This document shows, piece by piece, positions 47,301 through 62,300 of a stretch of DNA of 64,000 nucleotides. The stretch is from Eukaryota sp. GEM-RC1 (Eukaryota): assembly GCA_040285855.1 (NCBI GenBank), contig JAUFOQ010000013.1, positions 1,116,001 to 1,180,000 of the forward strand, in the 5' to 3' direction. The translations under genes and the position numbers were made by a program. Under the pieces are notes generated by a model, which saw only the letters and a list, made by a program, of their open reading frames with translations, did not search any database and was not told where the DNA came from. Positions within the stretch are counted from its first letter, which is position 1. Each line of letters opens with the position of its first letter.

Positions 47301-50300
47301 GCAGTTTGATTCTGGGTTTTTGAATACGTCTGTTATTTCTACTCATGATCTCTTAATCAACACTGAATTTGAAAAGAAGTTATCATCATCCCAATTGTTG
47401 CTTTCTAATACTGGTCAATGGGTTGCAGGAAATCTTACTCTACAAGATTGTTCCAAATTTGTTATCCTTGAAAATGCTATATTATCCTCTTCTAGTAGTG
47501 GTGAAATACTTACTGCTGCATTATGTGACATTATGGAAATCTATGGTAAATTTGATTGTATCAGTGGATGTTCTTCTACTTTGAATCATCTTGTTGTATT
47601 ACCCTCTGGTGATTTGACTGTCACCGAAGGAACTGTTGACCTGTCAGGACCTACCTTAATTGAAGGTGTTATCAATATCGATAATAATGGTATTCTTGAG
47701 CTGAATAATGAAGATATTGCTGTCGATGTCTTTTCAACTGGAAATTGTATTGTTTCATCTGGACAAATTTTCTTCAATACTGATGTTAACTTGAATTGTA
47801 CTGTTCAACATTCATCTGCGTACGATTTTACTATTTCAAAGAATCTCAATATGATGGTGTCTGGAGCTGTCCTTAATCCAAATTCTCGAGTAATTTGTAC
47901 TGATTGTGTCATTGATGTTGTATCATTTGAACCTGTTGTTTTCACTAACGTTGAAATTGCTTCTGGAAAATTGACATCTTCAAATGACTTTATTGTTGGA
48001 AGTTTGTTCCTCACTGGTGGTGATGTTGCTGACAACTCTCTTATCACTGTTAATATCATGTTTGAATTCTCATCTGGTCTCATGGATAATTCTGTAATTT
48101 CTGCTCATGATCTCTTAATCAACACTGAATTTGAAAAGAAGTTATCATCATCCCAATTGTTGCTTTCTAATACTGGTCAATGGGTTGCAGGAAATCTTTT
48201 ACTACAAGATTGTTCCAAATTTGTTATCCTTGAAAATGCTATATTATCTTCATCTAGCAGTGGTGAGGTACTTACTGCTGCATTATGTGACATTATGGAA
48301 ATTTATGGTAAATTTGATTGTATCAGTGGATGTTCTTCTACTTTGAATCATCTTGTTGTATTACCCTCTGGTGATTTGACTGTGACTGAAGGAACTGTTG
48401 ACTTGTCAGGACCTACCTTAATTGAAGGTGTTATCAACATCGACAATGATGGTATTCTTGAGCTGAATAATGAAGATATTGCTGTCGATGTCCTTTCAAC
48501 TGGAAATTGTATTGTTTCATCTGGGCAAATTTTCTTCAATACTGATGTTAACTTGAATTGTACTGTTCAACATTCATCTGCGTACGATTTTAGTATTTCA
48601 AAGAATCTCAATATGATGGTGTCTGGAGCTGTCCTTAATCCAAATTCTCGCGTAATTTGTACTGATTGTGTCATTGATGTTGTATCATTTGAACCTGTTG
48701 TTTTCACTAACGTTGAAATTGCTTCTGGAAAATTGACATCTTCAAATGACTTTATTGTTGGAAGTTTGTTCCTCACTGGTGGTGATGTTGCTGACAACTC
48801 TCTTATAACTGTTAATACCATGTTTGAATTCTCATCTGGTCTCATGGATAATTCTGTGGTTTCAACTCATGATCTCTTAATCAACACTGAATTTGAAAAG
48901 AAGTTATCATCATCCCAATTGTTGCTTTCCAATACTGGTCAATGGGTTGAAGGAAATCTTTTACTCGAAGATTGTTCCAAGTTTGTTATCCTTGAAAGTG
49001 CTATATTATCATCTTCTAGTAGTGGTGAAATACTTACTGCTGCATTATGTGACATTATGGAAATTTATGGTAAATTTGATTGTATCAGTGGATGTTCTTC
49101 TACTTTGAATCATCTTGTTGTATTACCCTCTGGTGATTTGACTGTGACTGAAGGAACTGTTGACTTGTCAGGACCTACCTTAATTGAAGGTGTTATCAAC
49201 ATCGACAATGATGGTATTCTTGAGCTGAATAATGAAGATATTGCTGTCGATGTCCTTTCAACTGGAAATTGTATTGTTTCATCTGGGCAAATTTTCTTCA
49301 ATACTGATGTTAACTTGAATTGTACTGTTCAACATTCATCTGCGTACGATTTTAGTATTTCAAAGAATCTCAATATGATGGTGTCTGGAGCTGTCCTTAA
49401 TCCAAATTCTCGCGTAATTTGTACTGATTGTGTCATTGATGTTGTATCATTTGAACCTGTTGTTTTCACTAACGTTGAAATTGCTTCTGGAAAATTGACA
49501 TCTTCAAATGACTTTATTGTTGGAAGTTTGTTCCTCACTGGTGGTGATGTTGCTGACAACTCTCTTATAACTGTTAATACCATGTTTGAATTCTCATCTG
49601 GTCTCATGGATAATTCTGTGGTTTCAACTCATGATCTCTTAATCAACACTGAATTTGAAAAGAAGTTATCATCATCCCAATTGTTGCTTTCCAATACTGG
49701 TCAATGGGTTGAAGGAAATCTTTTACTCGAAGATTGTTCCAAGTTTGTTATCCTTGAAAGTGCTATATTATCATCTTCTAGTAGTGGTGAAATACTTACT
49801 GTTGGACTATGTGACATTATGGAAATCTATGGTAAATTTGATTGTATCAGCGGATGTTCTTCTACTTTGAATCATCTTGTTGTATTACCTTCTGGTGATT
49901 TGACTGTGACTGAAGGCACTGTTGACTTGTCAGGACCTACCTTAATTGAAGGAGTTATCAATATCGATAATAATGGTATTCTTGAGCTGAATAATGAAGA
50001 TATTGCTGTCGATGTCTTTTCATCTGGAAATTGTATTGTTTCATCTGGACGAATTTTCTTCAACACTGATGTTAACTTGAATTGTACTGTTCAACATTCA
50101 TCTGCTTACGATTTTACTATTTCAATGAATCTCAATATGATGGTGTCTGGAGCTGTCCTTAATCCAAATTCTCGAGTAATTTGTACTGACTGTGTCATTG
50201 ATGTTGCATCATTTGAACCTGTTGTTTTCACTAACGTTGAAATTGCTTCTGGAAAATTGACATCTTCAAATGACTTTATTGTTGGAAGTTTGTTCCTCAC

Positions 50301-53300
50301 TGGTGGTGGTGTTGCTGACAACTCTCTTATAATTGTTAATACCATGTTTGAATTCTCATCTGGTCTCATGGATAATTCTGTGGTTTCAACTCATGATCTC
50401 TTAATCAACACTGAATTTGAAAAGAAGTTATCATCATCCCAATTGTTGCTTTCTAATACTGGTCAATGGGTTGCAGGAAATCTTTTACTCGAAGATTGTT
50501 CCAAGTTTGTTATCCTTGAAAATGCTATATTATCTTCATCTAGCAGTGGTGAAATACTTACTGTTGGACTATGTGACATTATGGAAATCTATGGTAAATT
50601 TGATTGTATCAGCGGATGTTCTTCTACTTTGAATCATCTTGTTGTATTACCTTCTGGTGATTTGACTGTGACTGAAGGCACTGTTGACTTGTCAGGACCT
50701 ACCTTAATTGAAGGTGTTATCAATATCGATAATAATGGTATTCTTGAGCTGAATAATGAAGATATTGCTGTCGATGTCTTTTCATCTGGAAATTGTATTG
50801 TTTCATCTGGACGAATTTTCTTCAACACTGATGTTAACTTGAATTGTACTGTTCAACATTCATCTGCTTACGATTTTACTATTTCAATGAATCTCAATAT
50901 GATGGTGTCTGGAGCTGTCCTTAATCCAAATTCTCGAGTAATTTGTACTGACTGTGTCATTGATGTTGCATCATTTGAACCTGTTGTTTTCACTAACGTT
51001 GAAATTGCTTCTGGAAAATTGACATCTTCAAATGACTTTATTGTTGGAAGTTTGTTCCTCACTGGTGGTGATGTTGCTGACAACTCTCTTATAATTGTTA
51101 ATACCATGTTTGAATTCTCATCTGGTCTCATGGATAATTCTGTGGTTTCAACTCATGATCTCTTAATCAACACTGAATTTGAAAAGAAGTTATCATCATC
51201 CCAATTGTTGCTTTCTAATACTGGTCAATGGGTTGCAGGAAATCTTTTACTCGAAGATTGTTCCAAGTTTGTTATCCTTGAAAGTGCTATATTATCATCT
51301 TCTAGTAGTGGTGAAATACTTACTGTTGGACTATGTGACATTATGGAAATCTATGGTAAATTTGATTGTATCAGCGGATGTTCTTCTACTTTGAATCATC
51401 TTGTTGTATTACCTTCTGGTGATTTGACTGTGACTGAAGGCACTGTTGACTTGTCAGGACCTACCTTAATTGAAGGTGTTATCAATATCGATAATAATGG
51501 TATTCTTGAGCTGAATAATGAAGATATTGCTGTCGATGTCTTTTCATCTGGAAATTGTATTGTTTCATCTGGACGAATTTTCTTCAACACTGATGTTAAC
51601 TTGAATTGTACTGTTCAACATTCATCTGCTTACGATTTTACTATTTCAATGAATCTCAATATGATGGTGTCTGGAGCTGTCCTTAATCCAAATTCTCGAG
51701 TAATTTGTACTGACTGTGTCATTGATGTTGCATCATTTGAACCTGTTGTTTTCACTAACGTTGAAATTGCTTCTGGAAAATTGACATCTTCAAATGACTT
51801 TATTGTTGGAAGTTTGTTCCTCACTGGTGGTGATGTTGCTGACAACTCTCTTATAACTGTTAATACCATGTTTGAATTCTCATCTGGTCTCATGGATAAT
51901 TCTGTGGTTTCAACTCATGATCTCTTAATCAACACTGAATTTGAAAAGAAGTTATCATCATCCCAATTGTTGCTTTCCAATACTGGTCAATGGGTTGAAG
52001 GAAATCTTTACTCGAAGATTGTTCCAAGTTTGTTATCCTTGAAAGTGCTATATTATCATCTTCTAGTAGTGGTGAAATACTTACTGTTGGACTATGTGAC
52101 ATTATGGAAATCTATTGTAAATTTGATTGTATCAGCGGATGTTCTTCTACTTTGAATCATCTTGTTGTATTACCTTCTGGTGATTTGACTGTGACTGAAG
52201 GCACTGTTGACTTGTCAGGACCTACCTTAATTGAAGGTGTTATCAATATCGATAATAATGGTATTCTTGAGCTGAATAATGAAGATATTGCTGTCGATGT
52301 CTTTTCATCTGGAAATTGTATTGTTTCATCTGGACGAATTTTCTTCAACACTGATGTTAACTTGAATTGTACTGTTCAACATTCATCTGCTTACGATTTT
52401 ACTATTTCAAAGAATCTCAATATGATGGTGTCTGGAGCTGTCCTTAATCCAAATTCTCGAGTAATTTGTACTGACTGTGTCATTGATGTTGCATCATTTG
52501 AACCTGTTGTTTTCACTAACATTGAAATTGCTTCTGGAAAATTGACATCTTCAAATGACTTTACTGTCGATTATTTGTTCCTCACTGGTGGTGATGTTGC
52601 TGACAACTCTCTTATAACTGTTAATATCATGTTCGAATTCTCATCTGGTCTCATGGATAATTCTGTAATTTCAACTCATGATCTCTTAATCAACACTGAA
52701 TTTGAAAAGAAGTTATCATCATCCCAATTGTTGCTTTCCAATACTGGTCAATGGGTTGAAGGAAATCTTTTACTCGAAGATTGTTCCAAGTTTGTTATCC
52801 TTGAAAGTGCTATATTATCATCTTCTAGTAGTGGTGAAATACTTACTGTTGGACTATGTGACATTATGGAAATCTATGGTAAATTTGATTGTATCAGCGG
52901 ATGTTCTTCTACTTTGAATCATCTTGTTGTATTACCTTCTGGTGATTTGACTGTGACTGAAGGCACTGTTGACTTGTCAGGACCTACCTTAATTGAAGGT
53001 GTTATCAATATCGATAATAATGGTATTCTTGAGCTGAATAATGAAGATATTGCTGTCGATGTCTTTTCATCTGGAAATTGTATTGTTTCATCTGGACGAA
53101 TTTTCTTCAACACTGATGTTAACTTGAATTGTACTGTTCAACATTCATCTGCTTACGATTTTACTATTTCAAAGAATCTCAATATGATGGTGTCTGGAGC
53201 TGTCCTTAATCCAAATTCTCGAGTAATTTGTACTGACTGTGTCATTGATGTTGCATCATTTGAACCTGTTGTTTTCACTAACATTGAAATTGCTTCTGGA

Positions 53301-56300
53301 AAATTGACATCTTCAAATGACTTTACTGTCGATTATTTGTTCCTCACTGGTGGTGATGTTGCTGACAACTCTCTTATAACTGTTAATATCATGTTCGAAT
53401 TCTCATCTGGTCTCATGGATAATTCTGTAATTTCAACTCATGATCTCTTAATCAACACTGAATTTGAAAAGAAGTTATCATCATCCCAATTGTTGCTTTC
53501 CAATACTGGTCAATGGGTTGAAGGAAATCTTTTACTCGAAGATTGTTCCAAGTTTACTATCCTTGAAAATGCTATATTATCCTCTTCTAGTAGTGGTGAA
53601 ATACTTACTGCTGCATTATGTGACATTATGGAAATCTATGGTAAATTTGATTGTATCAGTGGATGTTCTTCTACTTTGAATCATCTTGTTGTATTACCTT
53701 CTGGTGATTTGACTGTGACTGAAGGCACTGTTGACTTGTCAGGACCTACCTTAATTGAAGGTGTTATCAATATCGATAATAATGGTATTCTTGAGCTGAA
53801 TAATGAAGATATTGCTGTCGATGTCTTTTCAACTGGAAATTGTATTGTTTCATCTGGACAGATTTTCTTCAATACTGATGTTAACTTGAATTGTACTGTT
53901 CAACATTCATCTGCTTACGATTTTACTATTTCAAAGAATCTCAATATGATGGTGTCTGGAGCTGTCCTTAATCCAAATTCTCGAGTAATTTGTACTGATT
54001 GTGTCATTGATGTTCTATCATTTGAACTTGTTGTTTTCACTAACGTTGAAATTGCTTCTGGAAAATTGACATCTTCAAATGACTTTAATGTCGATCATTT
54101 GTTCCTCACTGGTGGTGATGTTGCTGACAACTCTCTTATAATTGTTAATACCATGTTTGAATTCTCATCTGGTCTCATGGATAATTCTGTGGTTTCAACT
54201 CATGATCTCTTAATCAACACTGAATTTGAAAAGAAGTTATCATCATCCCAATTGTTGCTTTCTAATACTGGTCAATGGGTTGCAGGAAATCTTTTACTCG
54301 AAGATTGTTCCAAGTTTGTTATCCTTGAAAGTGCTATATTATCATCTTCTAGTAGTGGTGAAATACTTACTGTTGGACTATGTGACATTATGGAAATCTA
54401 TGGTAAATTTGATTGTATCAGCGGATGTTCTTCTACTTTGAATCATCTTGTTGTATTACCTTCTGGTGATTTAACTGTGACTCAAGGAACTGTTGACTTG
54501 TCAGGACCTACATTAATTGAAGGTGTTATCAATATCGATAATGATGGTATTCTTGAGCTGAATAATGAAGATGTTGATGTCTTTTCAACTGGAAATTGTA
54601 TTGTTTCATCTGGACAAATTTTCTTCAATACTGATGTTACCTTGAATTGTACTGTTCAACATTCATCTGCTTACGATTTTACTATTTCAAAGAATCTCAA
54701 TATGATGGCGTCTGGAGCTGTCCTTAATGCAAATTCTCGAGTAATTTGTACTGACTGTGTCATTGATGTTGCTTCACTTGAACCTGTTGTTTTCACTAAC
54801 ATTGAAATTGCTTCTGGAAAATTGACATCTTCAAATGACTTTACTGTCGATTATTTGTTCCTCACTGGTGGTGATGTTGCTGACAACTCTCTTATCACTG
54901 TTAATATCATGTTTGAATTCTCATCTGGTCTCATGGATAATTCTGTGGTTTCAACTCATGATCTCTTAATCAACACTGAATTTGAAAAGAAGTTATCATC
55001 ATCCCAATTGTTGCTTTCTAATACTGGTCAATGGGTTGAAGGAAATCTCTCACTCGAAGATTGTTCCAAGTTTACTATCCTTGAAAATGCTATATTATCC
55101 TCTTCTAGTAGTGGTGAAATACTTACTGTTGCAATATGTGACATTATGGAAATCTATGGTAAATTTGATTGTATCAGTGGATGTTCTTCTACTTTGAATC
55201 ATCTTGTTGTATTACCTTCTGGTGATTTAACTGTGACTGAAGGAACTGTTGACTTGTCAGGACCTACATTAATTCAAGGTGTTATCAATATCGATAATGA
55301 TGGTATTCTTGAGCTGAATAATGAAGATGTTGATGTCTTTTCAACTGGAAATTGTATTGTTTCATCTGGACAAATTTTCTTCAATACTGATGTTACCTTG
55401 AATTGTACTGTTCAACATTCATCTACTTACGATTTTACTATTTCAAAGAACCTCAATATGATGGTGTCTGGAGCTGTCCTGAATCCAAATTCTCGAGTAA
55501 TTTGTACTAACTGTGTCATTGTTGTTGCTTCACTTGAGCCTGTTGTTTTCACTTACATTGAAATTGCTTCTGGAAAATTGACATCTTCAAATGACTTTAC
55601 TATCGATTATTTGTTCCTCACTGGTGGTGATGTTGCTGACAACTCTCTTATAACTGTTAATGCCATGTTCGAATTCTCGTCTGGTCTCATGGATAATTCT
55701 GTAATTTCCACTCATGATCTCTTAATCAACACTGAATTTGAAAAGAAGTTATCATCGTCCCAATTGTTATTTTCTAATACTGGTCAATGGGTTGCAGGAA
55801 ATCTTTTACTTCAAGATTGTTCCAAGTTTATTATCCTTGAAAATGCTGTATTATCCTCTTCTAGTAGTGGTGAAATACTTACTGTTGCACTATGTGACAT
55901 TATGGAAATCTATGGTAAATTTGAATGTATCAGTGGATGTTCTTCTACTTTGAATCATCTTGTTGTATTACCCTCTGGTGATTTGACTGTGACTGAAGGA
56001 ACTGTTGACTTGTCAGGACCTACATTAATTGAAGGTGTTATCAATATCGATAGTGATGGTATTCTTGAGCTGAATGATGAAGATGTTGATGTCCTTTCGA
56101 CTGGAAATTGTATTGTTTCGACTGGGCGAATTTTCTTCAATACTGATGTTAACTTGAATTGTACTGTCCAACATTCATCTGTATCTGATGTGACTGTTTT
56201 AAAGAATCTCAATATGATGATATCTGGAGCAGTTCTTAATCCAAATTCTCGAGTAATTTGTACTGACTGTGTCATTGATGTTGCATCATTTGAACCTGTT

Positions 56301-59300
56301 GTTTTCACTAACGTTGAAATTGCTTCTGGAAAATTGACTTCTTCAAATGACTTTACTGTCGATTATTTGTTCCTCACTGGTGGTGATGTTGCTGACAACT
56401 CTCTTATAACTGTTAATATCATGTTCGAATTCTCATCTGGTCTCATGGATAATTCTGTAATTTCAACTCATGATCTCTTAATCAACACTGAATTTGAAAA
56501 GAAGTTATCATCATCCCAATTGTTGCTTTCCAATACTGGTCAATGGGTTGAAGGAAATCTTTTACTCGAAGATTGTTCCAAGTTTGTTATCCTTGAAAGT
56601 GCTATATTATCATCTTCTAGTAGTGGTGAAATACTTACTGTTGGACTATGTGACATTATGGAAATCTATGGTAAATTTGAATGTATCAGTGGATGTTATT
56701 CTACTTTGAATCATCTTGTTGTATTACCTTCTGGTGATTTGACTGTGACTGAAGGAACTGTTGACCTGTCAGGACCTACCTTAATTGAAGGTGTTATCAA
56801 TATCGATAATGATGGTATTCTTGAGCTGAATAATGAAGTTGTTGATGTCCTTTCAACTGGAAATTGTATTGTTTCGACTGGACGAATTTTCTTCAATACT
56901 GATGTTAACTTGAATTGTACTGTCCAACATTCATCTGTATCTGATGTGACTGTTTTAAAGAATCTCAATATGATGATATCTGGAGCAGTTCTTAATCCAA
57001 ATTCTCGGGTAATTTGTACTAACTGTGTCATTGATGTTGCATCACTTGAACCTGTTGTTTTCACTTACATTGAAATTGCTTATGGAAAATTGACATCTTC
57101 AAATGACTTTACTGTCGACTATTTGTTCCTCACTGGTGGTGATGTTGCTGACAACTCTCTTATCACTGTTAATATCATGTTTGAATTCTCATCTGGTCTC
57201 ATGGATAATTCTGTAATTTCCACTCATGATCTCTTAATCAACACTGAATTTGAAAAGAAGTTATCATCATCCCAATTGTTGCTTTCTAATACTGGTCAAT
57301 GGGTTGCAGGAAATCTTTTACTACAAGATTGTTCCAAGTTTACTATCCTTGAAAATGCTATATTATCCTCTTCTAGTAGTGGTGAAATACTTACTGTTGC
57401 ACTATGTGACATTATGGAAATCTATGGTAAATTCAGAATGTATCAGTGGATGTTCTTCTACTTTGAATCATCTTGTTGTATTACCTTCTGGTGATTTGAC
57501 TGTGACTGAAGGAACTGTTGACTTGTCAGGACCTACCTTAATTGAAGGTGTTATCAACATCGACAATGATGGTATTCTTGAGCTGAATAATGAAGATGTT
57601 GATGTCTTTTCAACTGGAAATTGTATTGTTTCATCTGGACAAATTTTCTTCAATGCTGATGTTAACTTGAATTGTACTGTTCAACATGCGTCTGTTTCGG
57701 ATGTGAATGTTTTAAAGAATCTCAATATGATGGTGTCTGGAGCTGTCCTTAATCCAAATTCTCGAGTAATTTGTACTGATTGTGTCATTGATGTTGTATC
57801 ATTTGAACCTGTTGTTTTCACCAACGTTGAAATTGCTTCTGGAAAATTGACATCATCAAATGACTTTATTGTTGGAAGTTTGTTCCTCACTGGTGGTAAT
57901 GTTGCTGACAACTCTCTTATAACTGTTAATACCATGTTTGAATTCTCATCTGGTCTCATGGATAATTCTGTGGTTTCAACTCATGATCTCTTAATCAACA
58001 CTGAATTTGAAAAGAAGTTATCATCATCCCAATTGTTGCTTTCTAATACTGGTCAATGGGTTGCAGGAAATCTTACTCTACAAGATTGTTCCAAATTTGT
58101 TATCTTTGAAAGTGCTATATTATCCTCTTCTAGTAGTGGTGAAATACTTACTGCTGCACTATGTGACATTATGGAAATCTATGGTAAATTTGAATGTATC
58201 AGTGGATGTTATTCTACTTTGAATCATCTTGTTGTATTACCTTCTGGTGATTTGACTGTGACTGAAGGAACTGTTGACCTGTCAGGACCTACCTTAATTG
58301 AAGGTGTTATCAATATCGATAATGATGGTATTCTTGAGCTGAATAATGAAGATGTTGATGTCTTTTCAACTGGAAATTGTATTGTTTCATCTGGACGAAT
58401 TTTCTTCAATGCTGATGTTAGCTTGAATTGTACTGTTCTACATTCATCTGTTTCGGATGTGAATGTTTTAAAGAATCTCAATATGATGGTGTCTGGAGCT
58501 GTCCTTAATCCAAATTCTCGAGTAATTTGTACTGATTGTGTCATTGATGTTGCTTCATTTGAACCTGTTGTTTTCACTAACGTTGAAATTGCTTCTGGAA
58601 AATTGACATCTTCAAATGAATTTATTGTTGAAAATTTGTTCCTCATTGGTGGTGAAGTTGATTCAGCAACCATCTCTGCTGCTTACACGCTTTGGACTGG
58701 TTCATCCGTTACTTCTTCAACTATCAAGTCTGTTGATATAGATTTACCTCTGGCCACTGGTTTCAGACAACTCACTGACTCTTTGATGTCTATTTCTTCA
58801 CAGATTTCCTGGACTGATGGAGATGTTTCTTTATTTAATTCTCAATTAATTCTTGAAAGTACTGGTCAATTTGAAGTTTCTGGTTGTAATACCATTTCTT
58901 CTGATGACTCATCTCACGTGATCATATATGGTGAACTTGTGCATACTGCTACTTGTCAATCTACCGTCACTAATCTTGTTGTTGATCACGATGCTCTCGT
59001 TTCCATTCCTAGTGGTGACCTTCGAGTTACTGGAAACTCTACGATTTACGGAACCATGAGTGTTCCTTCTGTTGTCACTCTTTCTGGTCGAACCACACTT
59101 TCATCTATGTCCACTATTTCTGGAGATGGGTTGCTCGTTTTTAATAATGGAACCATTTTGTCCCTTATTCAGCCTGATTTCCCACGATTCGAGGCTTACT
59201 CTGCTACTGTCGAATTCTTAGTTCCAGTTTCAATTTCCAATTTCCATGCCACTGAATCTTCTATCGTTTTTACAGACGTTTCCTCAACTTCAGATCTCTC

Positions 59301-62300
59301 TTGTACTGATTCAGTCTTAAAGGTCGAACATACCACTATTACTGCTTCCACTCCAGTGTTTGATTCTTGTTCAATTCATGTAATTAATGGTAGTTATCTT
59401 TTAGTGACTGATCACATTCTTGATAAGGACTTGAGTGTCTTTGGACACGGAACATTTGAACTGTCTGATATCACGTTTACTCTTTCCACAGGATCACTTG
59501 CTGTTTCTAACTACACAAATCTAATCATTCGTTCTGATTCTGTTTTCAAAACTACATGTACTTCATGTAATGTTCGCTCTCATCATTATGCTACAATCAC
59601 CAATAACGGATTGATTGATCTCACAGCTAGTGATGACGTTTTTGTTGATCCCTTCGTCATTAATAATAATGAAATTTCTCTATGTGCCACTAGATTTGAA
59701 TTGTCCAAGTTTGGTATGAATAACTTTGGAATCATTGAAACCTGTACTGAATTCCAAAATGTCTTGATATTCAGAGCTGGTGTTGTCTCTTCCCACGTTC
59801 CCTTTGACTTCTCTGGTCATGTACTTAATGATGGTGCTCGAACTACTCTTCATGAAGTCATTGGAGCTCCAATAACCATTGAATCTGGTTCTGTTCTTTT
59901 AGGATCAAATTTCAACACATCTTACCACTTCTTCCTGGATATCTCTTGTGAAGATTTCGGAGTTGATAAAGACACTTTAAGTGTTGATAGTTTCTGGAAG
60001 GACTATTGCGATGGTTATGGACTTTACCTTTCCCATGGTTCTGCTGTTAATGAAATTCACATTGTAAAAGGTGCTGTTAAATCCATGGGTGATGCCTTTG
60101 CATCTGCCATCTACACTGAAACTCCTGGTGCAGTCATTCATGTTACTAATTCTTCAATCTTGGATCTTCTTCCTGGTCCTTTCAATCATGTTGACGGATC
60201 CATTTCTGGTGAAGGTATTGTCAAAATCGAATATGGTTGGTGTAATTGGGAAGGATGTCACTGTGACTATGGATGGTCTGGACATGATTGTGCTTATACT
60301 TGTGGTAATCATTCCACTTGTGAAACTTGTCTTTCCTTTGCATACTGTGGTTGGTCTAGTGACCACCAGGACTGTGATGTGGCATATTATGATACTGGTT
60401 TACCCATGTTAGACTCTTATAGTAATTGGTATCACGGAACCTGTGAAACTTGCTCCTTGACGGCGGTCTCTGATATCGCCACTTCCAGCATCACATCTGC
60501 TATCCAATGGCGTAGCAATGGTTTCCACTTCATGGCTGTGCTTCCTTATGTTCGACAGGAAATGACATGGTATCTTGACTTCCAGAAATTCTCAGTAGGT
60601 GCTGACTCTATTAGATCAGTATCATCATGTTCTAACAAGGACCCTGAGGTAATGGCATCTATTGATCGTACAGGATTTTCTAACTCTGCACCTCACGCTC
60701 TTTTAACTTCTGCTTTGAACACTCCTTTGTATTTACCTTATGCTCATACTCACATTTGGAGGCAATATCCCTTGTCATGTTCAACGATTGCCTTGGAAAC
60801 TACCATTAATCCTCTAGATTTACTTGAATGTAGATCTTTCAATGATGATCGCCAGTTATCTTTAGTTCCATATCATGGTACTTTTATTGTTGATGTTCAA
60901 GGTTCTTTCTTTGCTCATCTCATTGCACCCTCAATCACTGGATCAGGTTATGATTCAGTTGTTAGAGTGGCTGAGAATTCACTTTGGTTCCAGTTTAAAC
61001 TTGTTGTAGCTAAATTTAGAATGTTAACTGGATGTACTGGTCCCCATGATTGCTCTTCTTCTCAATCTTTCCCTATTAGAGGTGTTTCTTCTAGTTGGGA
61101 TGTTGAAGATGCTAAGGCTGGTCTGTCTGTTAGATTTGTTTCTTCTGCAGATTTATTAGAAGTCGTTGATTCACCTCATAACTCCTCAATGATTATCGAA
61201 AGAGCTTCTAGAACTTCCTTTGAATTGTTCTCAGATACTAAGTTGGACTCTGCTTACTACTATCTTGGATCCTACTTCATTTCCACTTCCCAACGAGATA
61301 TCTTCTTTGAAATTGAGCTTACGCTTACCCGATTAGGGAAGTCCGTTTGACTCATCTTCCGTAACTGGAGTCTTGGTATCCAAAACTGGACCTGAAAATG
61401 CTGAGGATGCTGCAATTGCAGATAAATCTGCTTATTATCCTGGCCCTTACTTCAAGGATGATCCTGTCTTTATTCGAACTTTTGTAGAAGTTACTAAGAA
61501 TTTGGTAATTCTGACATCTCTCAGTTCTGAACCAGTTTCTCTCCGTTCATCCATCAAGGGTGCTTACCTTTGTGTTTCTCCATCAGAAGAACCCATTGCT
61601 TATAATGAAGTTGAAGGAAAATACGGTTGTCTTTTAGCTGATGGAACTCCCAATGAACGCGCTTTCTCCATTATTCACGACTTTAGAAACACTCCTTCAT
61701 TTAATGTTGAAGAATTGGAAACAACTAACGAACTTTCCTACCTTGAAGTTGCTTCCATGACTGCTTCTGATGACGAATCATTTGTTTTAGTCAATGGTTT
61801 GTCATTCCAAGCTCCCTATGTGAATAACCCCACAATGTATTACCTTCATGTCGAAACTGTGGTCACAAATTCAGCTGATGATTCTGATATTTCTGTTCAC
61901 TCCATTGCATCTGTTATCTTCGAACCTACTATTGTGAGCTCCAATACTAGGTCATTCTTGGCGTTGTTAACTGTACTTTTAGTTGCTCTTTCATCTGTAC
62001 TAATTGTCACTTTTATTGCTCTTCAATTCATCAAGTTACGACAAAAGCTTAAGTTGATGAAGGATATGGATTCTGTGGTCAAGTCAAAATCATCTAAATT
62101 AGACGAACTCAATGATAATAGTTCACCCACAGTTTCTTTCCCCTTAAATAGTGATTCACTTGGCTTATTCCCTAATCTGTCTACTTGGTATGCTTCCAAT
62201 AAGCATTCTGTGAAATCTTCTAGGTCTGGTTCCGTATCATCTCTACCTTCTTTACCATCTCTTTCTAGAAATAGACCTTCCTCGCTTACCAGTTTCTCCA

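Noticed and set aside
47369..58673. Repeated short ORFs (MKRSYHHPN…, MKKICPDET…, MRPDENSNM…)
   Set aside because: They are alternate-frame and antisense shadows of the 762-bp coding repeat.
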